From: Acidimicrobiia bacterium
GTDB lineage: Bacteria > Actinomycetota > Acidimicrobiia > Spongiisociales > ZC4RG35
NCBI GenBank assembly: GCA_035462175.1
Contig: DATHUP010000007.1
Location: 45-64,044, forward strand
DNA length: 64,000 nt
Reading direction: 5' to 3'
Below the pieces are notes generated by a model. That model was not told the origin of the DNA, did no database searches, and worked only from the letters and a program-made list of their open reading frames with translations. The translations under genes were made by a program, and so were the position numbers. Positions 7,963-18,514 of the stretch are shown one piece after another. The stretch's first letter is position 1. Each line of letters starts with the position of its first letter.

Positions 7963-9179
7963 AGCAACCCGAAACCGCGGAACAGGAAGTAGATGACGGG
8001 GACCGCGAACAGGAATCCGTCGATCCGGTCCAGCATCCCGCCATGGCCGGGAAGGACCGAACCCATGTCCTTGACGCCGAGCGAACGCTTGATCATCGAT
8101 TCGGCCGCATCCCCGATGGGGGCGACCAGGCCGACCAGCGCCCCGGCGACCAGGCCCTTGGCGATCCCGATCGGCTCCCAGGCAGGGAAGGTGGTGAGGA
8201 TCGAGGCCACGACCAGACTCGCCACCAGACCACCGATCAGGCCCTCCCATGTCTTGGTCGGCGAGATGACCGGGGAGAGCTGGTGCCGACCGAAGGCTCG
8301 TCCCACGAAGTAGGCGCCGATGTCGTTGGCCGCGACCAGGAACACCAGGAAGAGGATGAAGGCGACCGGGCGGGGACCGAGGGCGATGAGGATGGCGAAA
8401 GCGAGCAGACCTATCCACGCCATGCCGGCCACGGTGACCGCGGCATCCTCCAACGGATTGCGTCTTGGGGAGAGGGCGAGATAGAGCACGGTGGCGACAG
8501 CGAAGGCGGCGGCCCAACCACCAATGGATGCGGCCCCCGACATGTGGGCGCCCAGGCCGATGAAGACCACGCCCAGCAAGCCGAACAGGGCGAGGGGGCG
8601 GGTCTCGTCGGAACGGACCGTCGCGTAGAACTCGCCGGTGGCAACGACCATCACCAGGATCACGAAGCCGGTGAACCACCAGCCCCCGAGGAGCAGGCTC
8701 CCCAGGAACATGCCGAACACCACAAGAGCAGATGCCACCCTCATCGCCAAGTCGCTCGAGGCGGCCTGTTCCCTGGCCTCGTAGTCCTCCTCGGTGCCGC
8801 CCTTGGAGCCTGTGACATCGTCGAACCCGACCAGACCGCTGTCGACTCCGGGGACCATGGCCGCCACCGCCTGCTGTTCCCATTCCTCGGTAGAGGCCCT
8901 GCTCACCTCTTCGGCCAGACCCTGGTATTCGTGGGTCGTCGACCCGGTGTACTGCTCCGCCTCGTAGTCGTCCAGGTTCCGGGGGAGGCTCAACGCCTCG
9001 TAGTCCTCCACATCCACCGGGTCGGAGACGTCGTCGTCACCTGGCTGCCCCTCAGGCTCCTCGTCCGACTCCTCCTCATCGTCCGAGATCAAGGGGAGGG
9101 TGAACACCTCTGCGTCGTCGTCGGGGGTGTCCTCCGAATGACCTACGGTCTTCTCGTCGTCCGGTGTCTGTTCGTCCAA
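7959..9179 (-). CDS. cdsA: Phosphatidate cytidylyltransferase with acidic N-terminal extension
   Basis: 406 aa. The multi-TM C-terminal ~270 aa carry the CDS signature ...SMIKRSLGVKDMGSVLPGHGGMLDRIDG.... The N-terminal ~130 aa are D/E-rich low complexity. TTG start at 9179 lies right after the frr stop. True start uncertain. Confidence 0.85.
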   Translation of the reverse strand: MDEQTPDDEKTVGHSEDTPDDDAEVFTLPLISDDEEESDEEPEGQPGDDDVSDPVDVEDYEALSLPRNLDDYEAEQYTGSTTHEYQGLAEEVSRASTEEWEQQAVAAMVPGVDSGLVGFDDVTGSKGGTEEDYEAREQAASSDLAMRVASALVVFGMFLGSLLLGGWWFTGFVILVMVVATGEFYATVRSDETRPLALFGLLGVVFIGLGAHMSGAASIGGWAAAFAVATVLYLALSPRRNPLEDAAVTVAGMAWIGLLAFAILIALGPRPVAFILFLVFLVAANDIGAYFVGRAFGRHQLSPVISPTKTWEGLIGGLVASLVVASILTTFPAWEPIGIAKGLVAGALVGLVAPIGDAAESMIKRSLGVKDMGSVLPGHGGMLDRIDGFLFAVPVIYFLFRGFGLL

Positions 9180-9180
9180 A

Positions 9181-9738
9181 TCAGACCTCCAGAAGCTCGT
9201 CTTCCTTGTTGCCGAGGAGGCTGTCGATCTTCTCCACGTAGCGATCGGTCAGCTTCTGCAACTCGTCTTCGCCCCGTCGGATGTCGTCGTCGGAGATCTC
9301 GCCGTGCATCGACTCCATGTCCGCCTTGGAGTGGCGGCGGATGTTTCGGACTGCGACCCGACCCTCCTCGGCCATGTTCCTGACCACTTTGATCAGGTCC
9401 TTTCGCCGCTCCTCGGTGAGGGGGGGAAAGGCGATGCGGATCACGCTTCCGTCGTTCGAGGGGTTGAGGCTCAGGTCGGAGGTTTGCAGCGCCCGCTCGA
9501 TGTCGTTGACCGTCGACTTGTCGAACGGGTGGACAACGAGCAGCCTCGGCTCTGGCACCGAGATCGAGGCCAGCTGCTGGAGAGGTGTCGGCGACCCGTA
9601 GTACTCGACCGTTATCCGTTGCAGGAGTTGCGGGTTGGCCCGCCCGGTGCGGACGGTGGAGAACTCGGAGGCCACGTGCTCGGTGGCCAGCTCCATCTTG
9701 TGCTCAGCCTCGGTCAGGAGGTCGCTGATCACTCTCAT
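9181..9738 (-). CDS. frr: Ribosome recycling factor
   Basis: 185 aa. ...FSTVRTGRANPQLLQRITVEYYGSPTPLQQLASISVPEPRLLVV...LNPSNDGSVIRIAFPPLTEERRKDL.... Confidence 0.96.
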   Translation of the reverse strand: MRVISDLLTEAEHKMELATEHVASEFSTVRTGRANPQLLQRITVEYYGSPTPLQQLASISVPEPRLLVVHPFDKSTVNDIERALQTSDLSLNPSNDGSVIRIAFPPLTEERRKDLIKVVRNMAEEGRVAVRNIRRHSKADMESMHGEISDDDIRRGEDELQKLTDRYVEKIDSLLGNKEDELLEV

Positions 9739-9745
9739 CTCCTCG

Positions 9746-10462
<717 letters not shown>

Positions 10463-10471
10463 GTCTGCCTC

Positions 10472-11083
10472 CTATTCGCCGACGGCGACCCGTGACAAGC
10501 GGCGCACCGAGATGTTCTCGCCCATCTTGGACGCGAGCTGACCCACCATGTCGCCCACGGTGCCGTCGAACTTGTCCGAGTTCACGAATTTCTGGTCGTA
10601 GAGGACATTTTCGGCAAACCATGCCTCGATCCTGCCATCGACGATCTTGTCGACCACACTTTCGGGCTTGCCCTCGGCAGCCGCTTGACGTGCGATCAGA
10701 TCTCGCTCCTTGGCCAGGGCATCCTGGTCGACGTCGTCACGGGTGACCCAGGTCGGACGTCCCCAGGAGGCGTGCATGGCGATATCGTCCGCCACCTGGC
10801 GGAACTCCTCGCTCTTGGCGACGAAGTCGGTCTCGCAGACCACCTCCACGAGCACACCCATCACCGGGCGATCGTTCTGGACATGGATGTAGCTTCCGAT
10901 GGCTCCCTGGCTCGCCTCGCGGTCGGCCCGCTTCGCCATCTTGGCCTGGCCCCTCTCCCGCAGCAGCTCGAACGCCTGCTCCAGATCGCCTCCTGCGTCG
11001 GTGAGCGCCTGTTTGGCGTCCATCATCCCCACTCCGGCGTCCTGTCTCAGCTTCTGGACGTCCTTGGCGCCGAACTCAGCCAC
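10472..11083 (-). CDS. tsf: Elongation factor Ts (short form)
   Basis: Track ORF 10472..11110. The canonical N-terminus [27 protein letters not shown] (UBA-like) begins at GTG 11083 and overlaps the rpsB stop by 8 nt. Confidence 0.93.
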   Translation of the reverse strand: MAEFGAKDVQKLRQDAGVGMMDAKQALTDAGGDLEQAFELLRERGQAKMAKRADREASQGAIGSYIHVQNDRPVMGVLVEVVCETDFVAKSEEFRQVADDIAMHASWGRPTWVTRDDVDQDALAKERDLIARQAAAEGKPESVVDKIVDGRIEAWFAENVLYDQKFVNSDKFDGTVGDMVGQLASKMGENISVRRLSRVAVGE

Positions 11084-11942
11084 CGACGGTCTCCGCTTCG
11101 GCCCCGGCATCGGTCGCGGTCTCCTCCGGCGGCGGCTCCGGCTCGAAGTCCGCCTCCTCGCCGGCCCCGGCCGAAAGCTCCTCGGTGGCGGCCAAGGCGA
11201 GGTCCGCGTCGTCCAGGTCGGTTTCGCCCGGCTCGTCGCCCTTCCCGGCCTTCCCGCTGGCGAGACGCCGGCCTTCGATGGCCGCGTCGGCGATGGCCCC
11301 CGCCACCAGGTCGGCGGCGCGGATGGCGTCGTCGTTGCCGGCGATCACGAAGTCGACCAGATCGGGGTCGCTATTCGAGTCGACCAGGGCAATGACCGGA
11401 AGACCGAGACGGGCGGCCTCGGCGACCGCGGTCGTCTCGGTGTTGACGTCGACGATGAAAACCGCGTCCGGGGTCTTTTGCAGATCGACCACGCCGCCCA
11501 GGTTCTGCTCCAGCTTGGCCAGCTCGCGGCGCAGCTTGAGCCGCTCCTTCTTGGGCAGGGCGTTGATCTCACCGCTGGCCTCGAGTCGACGCAGCTCGCG
11601 CATGTAGAAGATCCGCTTTTGGATCGTCTGGAAGTTGGTGAGCATCCCGCCCAGCCAGCGATAGTTGACAAACGGCATCGCGGAGCGGGTGGCGTGCTCG
11701 GCCACGGCGGCTTGAGCCTGCTTCTTGGTCCCCACGAAGAGGACGGTCCCCCCGTTCGAGGTGAGCTCCCTGATGTATTTGGTGGCGTCGGCGATCTGGT
11801 CCACCGTCTGGCGGAGGTCGATGATGTGGATCCCATTTCGCTCCCCGAAGATGAAGGGACGCATCTTTGGGTTCCATCGCCGGGTCTGGTGCCCGAAATG
11901 GACACCCGCCTCCAGCAGTTGCTTCATCGTGACTGCAGCCAC
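11076..11942 (-). CDS. rpsB: 30S ribosomal protein S2 (with acidic/Ala-rich C-terminal tail)
   Basis: Track ORF 11076..11987. [43 protein letters not shown].... The start is set to GTG 11942, preceded by GAAAGGAA. Confidence 0.95.
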   Translation of the reverse strand: MAAVTMKQLLEAGVHFGHQTRRWNPKMRPFIFGERNGIHIIDLRQTVDQIADATKYIRELTSNGGTVLFVGTKKQAQAAVAEHATRSAMPFVNYRWLGGMLTNFQTIQKRIFYMRELRRLEASGEINALPKKERLKLRRELAKLEQNLGGVVDLQKTPDAVFIVDVNTETTAVAEAARLGLPVIALVDSNSDPDLVDFVIAGNDDAIRAADLVAGAIADAAIEGRRLASGKAGKGDEPGETDLDDADLALAATEELSAGAGEEADFEPEPPPEETATDAGAEAETVGG

Positions 11943-12061
11943 AACTATTCCTTTCTGGTTGTTCCTCCGCTTGCCGGCCGAAGCCAACCCGAGAACTCGA
12001 GTGACCCTCTTACGGGACGCGCCCGACCAGTGAGAGTCGACAAGCGTGTGTGATGGCCCCG

Positions 12062-12091
12062 ATTGTACGGGCAGGGACCGCCGTTGGGTAA
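12062..12091 (-). promoter_or_regulatory. Promoter candidate for rpsB-tsf (TTACCC-18 nt-TACAAT)
   Basis: On the minus strand the -35 TTACCC is at 12091..12086 and the -10 TACAAT at 12067..12062. This would give a ~110-nt leader containing a GGC-UUCG-GCC tetraloop hairpin. Pattern match by eye. Confidence 0.35.
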
Positions 12092-12101
12092 TTGCCCGGG
12101 G

Positions 12102-12881
12102 CTAACCCCAGGAAGGTTCGCCGAGACGGTTGCGCAACGACATCATCGTCTTGGCGTGGATCTGGCACACGCGTGACTCGGTCACGCCGAGCACGTCCCC
12201 GATCTCGGCGAGAGTCATGCCCTCGTAGTAGTACAGGGTCACCACCAGACGCTCCCGCTGGGGAAGGCGGTTGATCGCATCGACCAGCCCGTGTCTCGTC
12301 TCCTCGGCCTGAAAGACCGTCTCCGGAGACACCCCGGTGGGGTCGGCCAGCATGTCCCCGACCGAGGTCGAAGAGTCGGTGCCGACGAACTCGTCGAGTG
12401 CGGCGATCCCCGACCGCCCGATCTCGGCGAGCGCACTCTGCAGGTCTTCGACCTCCATCTCCAGGGTCTCGGCCAGCTCATCGTCGGAGGGTGCACGTTG
12501 CAGGTTGTGCTCCAACTCGGCGATGGCGGTCTCTATCTGCCGTGCTCGGGATCGAACCGAGCGAGGAACCCAATCGAGGGCGCGCAGCTCGTCGAGAATC
12601 GCCCCTTTTATCCGGTTGATGGCGTACGTCTCGAACTTGAACCCTCGCTCCAATTCGAACTTGTCGATGGCGTCGATGAGGCCGAACAGCCCGTAGCTGG
12701 CCAGGTCGTTGTGATCGACCGAGCGTGGCAGGCCTGCGCCGACCCGCCCAGCCACATACTTGACCAGTGGCGAGTAGTGGAGGATCAACCGCTCACGGGC
12801 GTTCTCGTCGGCAGACGCCTTGAAGCGCTCCCATAGGGCGTCGACCTGGTTGGTCTCAGGCCCTCGGGTGGCTTCGGTCAT
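12102..12881 (-). CDS. whiG: RNA polymerase sigma factor, FliA/WhiG (sigma-28) group
   Basis: 259 aa. Region 2 ...[52 protein letters not shown]... and region 4 HTH ...[25 protein letters not shown].... Its position next to rpsB matches whiG in Streptomyces (from memory). Confidence 0.85.
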   Translation of the reverse strand: MTEATRGPETNQVDALWERFKASADENARERLILHYSPLVKYVAGRVGAGLPRSVDHNDLASYGLFGLIDAIDKFELERGFKFETYAINRIKGAILDELRALDWVPRSVRSRARQIETAIAELEHNLQRAPSDDELAETLEMEVEDLQSALAEIGRSGIAALDEFVGTDSSTSVGDMLADPTGVSPETVFQAEETRHGLVDAINRLPQRERLVVTLYYYEGMTLAEIGDVLGVTESRVCQIHAKTMMSLRNRLGEPSWG

Positions 12882-13743
12882 ATGTCCCTCTCAGGTGTTG
12901 GCGGGTCACGGCAGTGTAGATCTGGGTCGTCGCCAGGTCGGTATGTCCGAGCAGATCTTGCACCGTGCGCAGGTCGGCGCCTCCCTCGAGCAGGTGCGTG
13001 GCGAAGCTGTGGCGAAGGGCGTGGGGAAAGGTGGCCACGTGCTTGCGGACCACCGAGCGAATGCCCCTGGTGCCGAGCGGACCGCCCCTGACCCCGACCC
13101 AAAGGGCGTTTCCCGACTCCGGCCCGGCCAGTTGCGATCTCCCCTGGCTCAGATAGCGGCGTATGGACTCCTGAGCGGGCCGGCCGATGGGGACGCGGCG
13201 TGTCTTTCGGCCTTTCCCGGTCACCGTGACCATGTCGGATCCGACATCGTCGACGTTTAGGGATGCCAGCTCGGAGATGCGCAGACCGGTCGAGTACAGG
13301 GCATCCACCAGGGCCCGGTCCCGCAGCCCTTCGGCGGAGCCCGCATCGATCGCCTCGATGGCGTGGATCACCGTCCTCGTCGCCAGGGCATGGGGAAGAG
13401 GCTTGTCCAATCTGGGCCGGGAGACACCCTCGAACGGGTTTACCGAGGCGGATCCACGCCTGCCGGCGTCGTTGTAGAAAGAACGAACCGCCGATGCCTT
13501 CCGGGTCATCGATCGTTTCGAGTAGCCCCCGGCGGCGAGATGGGCCAGATAGCGGCGGGCATGCTGGCGCTCGACCGTCTGGATCGAGTCGATGCCCTCC
13601 CCTTCGCAGTAGGCGAAGAACTGGGCCAGGTCGCGCCGGTAGGCGTCGATGGTGTGCGGTGAAAGCTCACGCTGGTCGCGCATCCGATCGAGGAAGTCAT
13701 CGACCGAGATGGACGCCCACGGAGGCAGCGAAGGAAGACTCAC
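12856..13743 (-). CDS. xerC: Tyrosine recombinase XerC
   Basis: Track ORF 12856..13809. ...[16 protein letters not shown]..., catalytic region ...[14 protein letters not shown]...[39 protein letters not shown]. The start is set to GTG 13743. The 3' end overlaps the sigma-factor start by 26 nt. Confidence 0.88.
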   Translation of the reverse strand: MSLPSLPPWASISVDDFLDRMRDQRELSPHTIDAYRRDLAQFFAYCEGEGIDSIQTVERQHARRYLAHLAAGGYSKRSMTRKASAVRSFYNDAGRRGSASVNPFEGVSRPRLDKPLPHALATRTVIHAIEAIDAGSAEGLRDRALVDALYSTGLRISELASLNVDDVGSDMVTVTGKGRKTRRVPIGRPAQESIRRYLSQGRSQLAGPESGNALWVGVRGGPLGTRGIRSVVRKHVATFPHALRHSFATHLLEGGADLRTVQDLLGHTDLATTQIYTAVTRQHLRGTYDRSHPRA

Positions 13744-13768
13744 ACCGGCGATGCTATTGGCCGGGGCC

Positions 13769-14593
13769 CTAAATCGGCAGCACCACGTCTCCGGCCCGCC
13801 GAGCCTCACCGGCGACCTCCATTCGCGCCAGCCGGGCCAACGCCTCGGCCGGTGAGCAACCCCATATTCCGGGCAGGTCCTCTACGGCCACACCAGTTGC
13901 CGGAATCGCATCCGAGAGCCTGCCCGTCGGGCGAATCGGAGCGCCCAGGACCAGTTCGAGCTCCGCGATGAGGTCGTCCACGCCGAGAACGGGATGGGCG
14001 CCATCGCGGATCAGGCGGTTGCATCCCATCGAGGCAGGTCGATCCAGGTCACCGGGCACCACGAACACCGGGCGGCCCAGCTCCGCGGCGAGACGGGCCG
14101 TGATCAGGGCCCCGCCCTTCTCTCCGGCTTCGACCACGACCACAGCCGAGGCGATGGCGGCGATAATTCGATTGCGGGCCGGGAACCGCCATCGATCGGG
14201 ACGGGTCCCCGGCGGATACTCGGACATGACCGCCCCGCGCCCGTCGAGAACGGCGTGATAGAGATCTGCGTTCTCGGCGGGATAGATCACGTCGACCCCC
14301 GACCCGAGCACCGCCACCGCGTCGCCCCGCCCACGGAGAGTGCCCCGGTGGGCTGCGGCGTCGATACCCCGTGCCAGTCCACTCACGGTGGTCCATCCTG
14401 TCTCGGAAAGCGCATACCCGAATGCCTCGGCCAGGTTCAGCCCGTATCGGGTGCATCGCCTCGTGCCCACCACCGCAACCGCCGGCGCCGTCGTCGTCTC
14501 CCCTCTGACGTACAACGGCGGTGGCTGCTCCAGGTCGAGCAGCCCCAAGGGGTACTCGTCGGCGCCCGGGGCGACGAGACGCTGCTCACTCAT
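13769..14593 (-). CDS. dprA: DNA processing protein DprA
   Basis: Track ORF 13769..14872. The start is at ATG 14593 ([18 protein letters not shown]...) and overlaps the comM stop by 8 nt. Motifs ...[13 protein letters not shown]...[14 protein letters not shown]...[10 protein letters not shown].... Confidence 0.9.
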   Translation of the reverse strand: MSEQRLVAPGADEYPLGLLDLEQPPPLYVRGETTTAPAVAVVGTRRCTRYGLNLAEAFGYALSETGWTTVSGLARGIDAAAHRGTLRGRGDAVAVLGSGVDVIYPAENADLYHAVLDGRGAVMSEYPPGTRPDRWRFPARNRIIAAIASAVVVVEAGEKGGALITARLAAELGRPVFVVPGDLDRPASMGCNRLIRDGAHPVLGVDDLIAELELVLGAPIRPTGRLSDAIPATGVAVEDLPGIWGCSPAEALARLARMEVAGEARRAGDVVLPI

Positions 14594-16061
14594 CGCGCCA
14601 CTCGCCACGAAGACCGATCGCCTCCGCCACGTGGTGCTCTTCCACCCGGGTCGAGTCGTCGAGGTCTGCGATGGTTCGCGCCACCCGGCGCACCCTGTCA
14701 GCCCCCCTCGCCGTGAGAAGCGCACCGGCAACCGCCGTCGCCACCAGGCGCCGGGCGTCCGCCGATTCCGCCCCATCCTGGGACAACACGAGATGGCGAT
14801 TGACCTGGCCCCGTTCCATCTGTGCAGCCCTGGCCCGCTCCACCCGGGGTGCGACGCGGGCCGTCTCCTCACCTTTCGCCCCTGCGTAGTCGCCCGCCTC
14901 CACCCGGCCCACGTGGACGATCAGGTCGAACCGATCGAGGAGAGGGCCCGAGATGCGGGCTCGATATCGACCCCGGATGGCGGGCCGACAATCACAAGGA
15001 CGCCGTCCGTCGCCAAAGAATCCACACGGACATGGGTTGGTAGCTGCGAGAAGTTGAAATGAGGCCGGAAAGTCGAGAGACATGCCCCGTCGAGCAACCG
15101 AGACGACACCCTCTTCCAACGGTTGGCGCAGCGTGTCGAGATGACCACGGGGAAACTCGGCCAGCTCGTCTAGGAAGAGCACACCGCGATGAGCCAGGGA
15201 TGCCTCTCCGGGCACAGGGGTCCCGCTTCCCCCACCGACCAGCGCCGCCTTCGAGGCGGTGTGATGGGGCGAACGGAACGGCGGGGTGGTATCGAGGCCG
15301 CGGCGACGCCCGGCAGCGGCCCAGAGCATCGCCGACTCCACAGCCTCGGCGAGCGTCAGCGGCGGGAGGATCCCGACCATGCGACGGGCCAGCATGGTCT
15401 TCCCCGACCCCGGCGGGCCGTGCATCAGCAGGTGATGTGCACCGGCCGCCGCCACCTCTAGAGCGCGGCGCGCCATCGTCTGGCCTCTTATGTCGGACAG
15501 GTCGGGGAACGGAACCGGCGGCGGAGGCGGCCCAGGCTCGGCCGGGGCCACGTTCTCCAGGCCTCCTCGCAGCAGGTCGACGGCGGCAGCGAGACTTGCC
15601 ACCCCGTAGACCCTCGATCCAGGTATACACGCCGCCTCCCCGGCGGATGCCGAGGCGACCAGGCAGGGGATGTTCTCCCGGGCGCTGATCACGCCTGCGC
15701 CGAGGGCGTTCGGGCCCGCCCTCACCTCACCATCCAAAGCCAGCTCGCCGACGACCACCGCTCGGCGCAGGTCCGGGATCTCGCGGCTCGCCGCGAGAAC
15801 ACCTAGGGCGATGGGCAGGTCGTAGTCGCTGCCTGCCTTGGGCAGGTCCGCCGGGGCCAGATTGACGGTCACCGTGCGATTCGGGAATCGGATCCCGGCC
15901 GAGACCACGGCGGCACGCACCCGATCCTTGGCCTCCCGGACCGCGGTGTCGGGCAGACCGGACAACTTGAAGGCCTCGCCCTGTCGCCCTACGTGGGCCT
16001 CGACACGAACCGCTCGCGCCTCTCCCCCGACGAGCGCCACCGACGTGGTGGCCGCATACAT
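14586..16061 (-). CDS. comM: Mg-chelatase-like ATPase ComM/YifB
   Basis: Track ORF 14586..16178. The start is at ATG 16061 (MYAATTSVALVGGEARAVRVEAHV...). Walker A LMHGPPGSGKTMLA, Walker B VLFLDELAEF, ChlI-like C-terminus. Confidence 0.92.
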   Translation of the reverse strand: MYAATTSVALVGGEARAVRVEAHVGRQGEAFKLSGLPDTAVREAKDRVRAAVVSAGIRFPNRTVTVNLAPADLPKAGSDYDLPIALGVLAASREIPDLRRAVVVGELALDGEVRAGPNALGAGVISARENIPCLVASASAGEAACIPGSRVYGVASLAAAVDLLRGGLENVAPAEPGPPPPPVPFPDLSDIRGQTMARRALEVAAAGAHHLLMHGPPGSGKTMLARRMVGILPPLTLAEAVESAMLWAAAGRRRGLDTTPPFRSPHHTASKAALVGGGSGTPVPGEASLAHRGVLFLDELAEFPRGHLDTLRQPLEEGVVSVARRGMSLDFPASFQLLAATNPCPCGFFGDGRRPCDCRPAIRGRYRARISGPLLDRFDLIVHVGRVEAGDYAGAKGEETARVAPRVERARAAQMERGQVNRHLVLSQDGAESADARRLVATAVAGALLTARGADRVRRVARTIADLDDSTRVEEHHVAEAIGLRGEWRDE

Positions 16062-16176
16062 GTGAGCGAAGGTACGGGCCGGAAGAGGCGGTTTGAAGGG
16101 GTGTGTGCGCATCCGAGCGCGACTAACCGCGCCGCCAGGTTTACCGTCTTCTCGGCACCTGAGGGTGCCGCTTCTC

Positions 16177-17172
16177 ATGAGCCACGATTCCGCCCAAGCC
16201 AGACCCGGACCTCGACCGGTACGTCGTCGTCGTTTCAGTCGAGGTCAGCGTCTGTTCCTCTGGATCCTGGCGATCCTGGTCATCGCCGCCGCCGGTCTGC
16301 TCGCCGTCACCGTCCTCGCCGACTTCCAGATGGGAGATGCGGGGCCGGTGCCCTCGCTCGCCGACGGCGAAGGGGTCTATCTCATCGTCGGCACCGACAA
16401 TCGGGAGAACCTCCCCGATGACCTCGATCAGGGGAACTTCGGAGACTTCGGCGGGGCCAGGGCCGACGTGATCATCCTCGCCCAGGTTGTCGATGGCCGT
16501 CGCCAGCTGCTCTCGATCCCTCGCGACCTCCGGGTCGAGATCCCGGGGCAGGGAGTGAACAAGGTGAACGCCGCCTATGCCTTCGGCGGGCCTGATCTGC
16601 TCGTGGAGACGGTGGCCATCGCCACCGGCATCCGACCGAACCACTATCTGGAGGTGGAGTTCGGGGGGTTCGCCGGGATCGTCGACGCGTTGGGTGGCAT
16701 CGAGATCGAGTTCCCGTATGCAGCCCGTGACGCAAAGTCGGGTCTCAACGTCGAGGCCGGCGTCCATACCGTCGACGGTGCAACGGCTCTCGCCTATGCC
16801 CGCTCCCGCAGCTACGAGGAGTTCCGCGACGGTGCTTGGGTCGCCCAGGGGGGTGGTGACATCGCCCGCGCCGCCCGTCAGCGGGAGGTGTTGACCAAGA
16901 TCATCGGCGAGGCGTCTTCGGTCTCGGGCATGGTGCGCAGCCCGCTGGTCGTCAGTGCGGTCGGTTCGCATCTCACCGCCGACTCCGACCTCTCCGTCTT
17001 CGTTCTCGCCAAAACCGGATGGTCGATGCGGTCGGCTGCGGAAACGGACTCGGTGACACTCCCGGTGGTCGGGACCGAAGAGGGCGGGGTCTCCTACCTG
17101 GTGCGGTCCGAGCCGGCAGCCTCCGAGGTCCTGGCGGCTTTCAACGCAGGCCAGCCCTTGCCCACTCCCTAG
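16177..17172 (+). CDS. LytR-CpsA-Psr (LCP) family cell-envelope phosphotransferase
   Basis: Track ORF 16093..17172. The start is set to ATG 16177 (MSHDSAQ...). An N-terminal TM helix is followed by ...YLIVGTDNRE...ARADVIILAQV...LLSIPRDL...VNAAYAFGGPDLL.... Confidence 0.88.
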   Translation: MSHDSAQARPGPRPVRRRRFSRGQRLFLWILAILVIAAAGLLAVTVLADFQMGDAGPVPSLADGEGVYLIVGTDNRENLPDDLDQGNFGDFGGARADVIILAQVVDGRRQLLSIPRDLRVEIPGQGVNKVNAAYAFGGPDLLVETVAIATGIRPNHYLEVEFGGFAGIVDALGGIEIEFPYAARDAKSGLNVEAGVHTVDGATALAYARSRSYEEFRDGAWVAQGGGDIARAARQREVLTKIIGEASSVSGMVRSPLVVSAVGSHLTADSDLSVFVLAKTGWSMRSAAETDSVTLPVVGTEEGGVSYLVRSEPAASEVLAAFNAGQPLPTP

Positions 17173-17981
17173 GAGGGAGGGCCGGACGAGATCCAGGTCA
17201 GGGTGTCTTCGAGTGACTCTCCGGCCGGGTTGGGCCCGGCCACGTACCAGGTGGCGCCGGCATCTCGCATCACAGACACGTCGCCGTGCACCGGCCCACC
17301 GACCACGACGTCGAAGGGGTCGTCGGTGGCGCGATGCGTCTTCACGTACCGGGCGACCCCGGTCACGTCGCTCGGGGTGAGATCCTCCATGTCGCTGCGG
17401 ATCGGAAACGCACCGTCGTAACGGGCGGCCCGTCTGAAGGGACGCAGGTTGGGCAGCATCCCGGCAACCCAGATCGGGATGCCCGGCTCCTGAACGGGTT
17501 TGGGGGCGAACCGATTGCGACGAACGCTGTAGTGCTCGCCTTTGAACTCGAAGGGCTCCCCCGACCACACCGCGGTGATGATCGACAAGCCCTCGTCGAG
17601 CATGTCGGCCCGCTGTCTATCCCCGGTCGGTTCGTCGAACGTGGCGAACTCGACATCCGGCGGATACCCGATCCCGACCCCGAGGATCATCCGCCCACCG
17701 GTGAGACGGTCGACGGTCACCGCCTGACGAGCCACCACCCATGGGCGGTGACGAGGCAGGGCGACCACCATCGGCCCGATCTTGATCGAGCCGGTTGCCT
17801 GGCCGATCGCACCCAAGAGCACCCAGGGGTCGGCGACCGGCATCCCATCGCTGATCACGATGTGATCCCACACGAAGAAGCCATCCCAACCCGCGCTCTC
17901 AGCGGCCATGGCCAGCTCGACCATCGTCGTGGGTTCGGCATATGCGCCGAAGTTGGGGAAAGAGAGACCGAAGCGCACCAC
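17169..17981 (-). CDS. Luciferase-like monooxygenase (LLM) class, probably F420-dependent oxidoreductase
   Basis: Track ORF 17169..18194. The LLM N-terminus VVRFGLSFPNFG...AESAGWDGFFVWDH... begins at GTG 17981/17978. An alternative ATG at 18041 would leave only 7 nt to the divergent deaminase start. Confidence 0.8.
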   Translation of the reverse strand: MVRFGLSFPNFGAYAEPTTMVELAMAAESAGWDGFFVWDHIVISDGMPVADPWVLLGAIGQATGSIKIGPMVVALPRHRPWVVARQAVTVDRLTGGRMILGVGIGYPPDVEFATFDEPTGDRQRADMLDEGLSIITAVWSGEPFEFKGEHYSVRRNRFAPKPVQEPGIPIWVAGMLPNLRPFRRAARYDGAFPIRSDMEDLTPSDVTGVARYVKTHRATDDPFDVVVGGPVHGDVSVMRDAGATWYVAGPNPAGESLEDTLTWISSGPPS

Positions 17982-18048
17982 ATCGAGGCTATCCACACCG
18001 GTGCGGTGGGCAAGCTCGCCTCGCGCACTCGGACGTAGCATCGCTCCT

Positions 18049-18492
18049 GTGCCTGACCCATTTCTCGACGCCGCCATCGACGAAGCGGGACTTGGTCTGG
18101 CCGAGGGCGGGATCCCGATCGGTTCGGTTCTCGTCGTAGACGGGCGGATCGCGGGACGGGGCCACAACCGACGAGTCCAGAAGGGGAGCCCCATCCTCCA
18201 CGGGGAGATGGACGCCCTGGAGAACGCGGGCCGCCTGGTTGCTTCCGAATACCGGCGATCGGCGATCTACACCACCCTCTCACCATGCCAGATGTGCACG
18301 GGGGCGATCCTCCTCTATGGCATCCCGAAGGTCGTCATCGGAGAGAACCGCACCTTCCTCGGCGCCGAAGACCTGCTCCGGGCCAACGAGGTCGAGGTGG
18401 TGGTGGTCGATGATCAGCGATGTGTCGACATGATGACCGGCTTCATCGAGGCCCGGCCCGAGCTGTGGAACGAAGACATCGGAGAGGTATAG
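18049..18492 (+). CDS. Cytosine deaminase, yeast FCY1-like CMP/dCMP-type zinc deaminase
   Basis: Track ORF 17908..18492. The start is set to GTG 18049. Zinc motifs HGEMDALENAG and SPCQMCTGAI. It matches my recollection of FCY1 end to end (...TTLSPC.MCTGAI..YGIP..V.GEN...VVVVDD.RC...M..FI..RP..W.EDIGE). Confidence 0.85.
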   Translation: MPDPFLDAAIDEAGLGLAEGGIPIGSVLVVDGRIAGRGHNRRVQKGSPILHGEMDALENAGRLVASEYRRSAIYTTLSPCQMCTGAILLYGIPKVVIGENRTFLGAEDLLRANEVEVVVVDDQRCVDMMTGFIEARPELWNEDIGEV

Positions 18493-18514
18493 CGAGGGCT
18501 GGGGGCGGGTGCCC

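Noticed and set aside
6817-8883. 688-aa ORF suggesting a giant Dxr fusion (similarly 30226..32751, 841 aa)
   Set aside because: Only the C-terminal parts are protein-like. The upstream halves run antisense or out-of-frame through cdsA (or through the ABC ATPase gene). Good internal GTG starts overlapping the upstream stop codons (GTGA) give normal-length Dxr (381 aa) and permease (533 aa).
16150-16176. Hairpin CGGCACC-tgag-GGTGCCG immediately before the LCP start codon
   Set aside because: The stem is short (7 bp) with no T-tract and no second copy. It could affect translation initiation, but the evidence is too thin to call a regulatory element.
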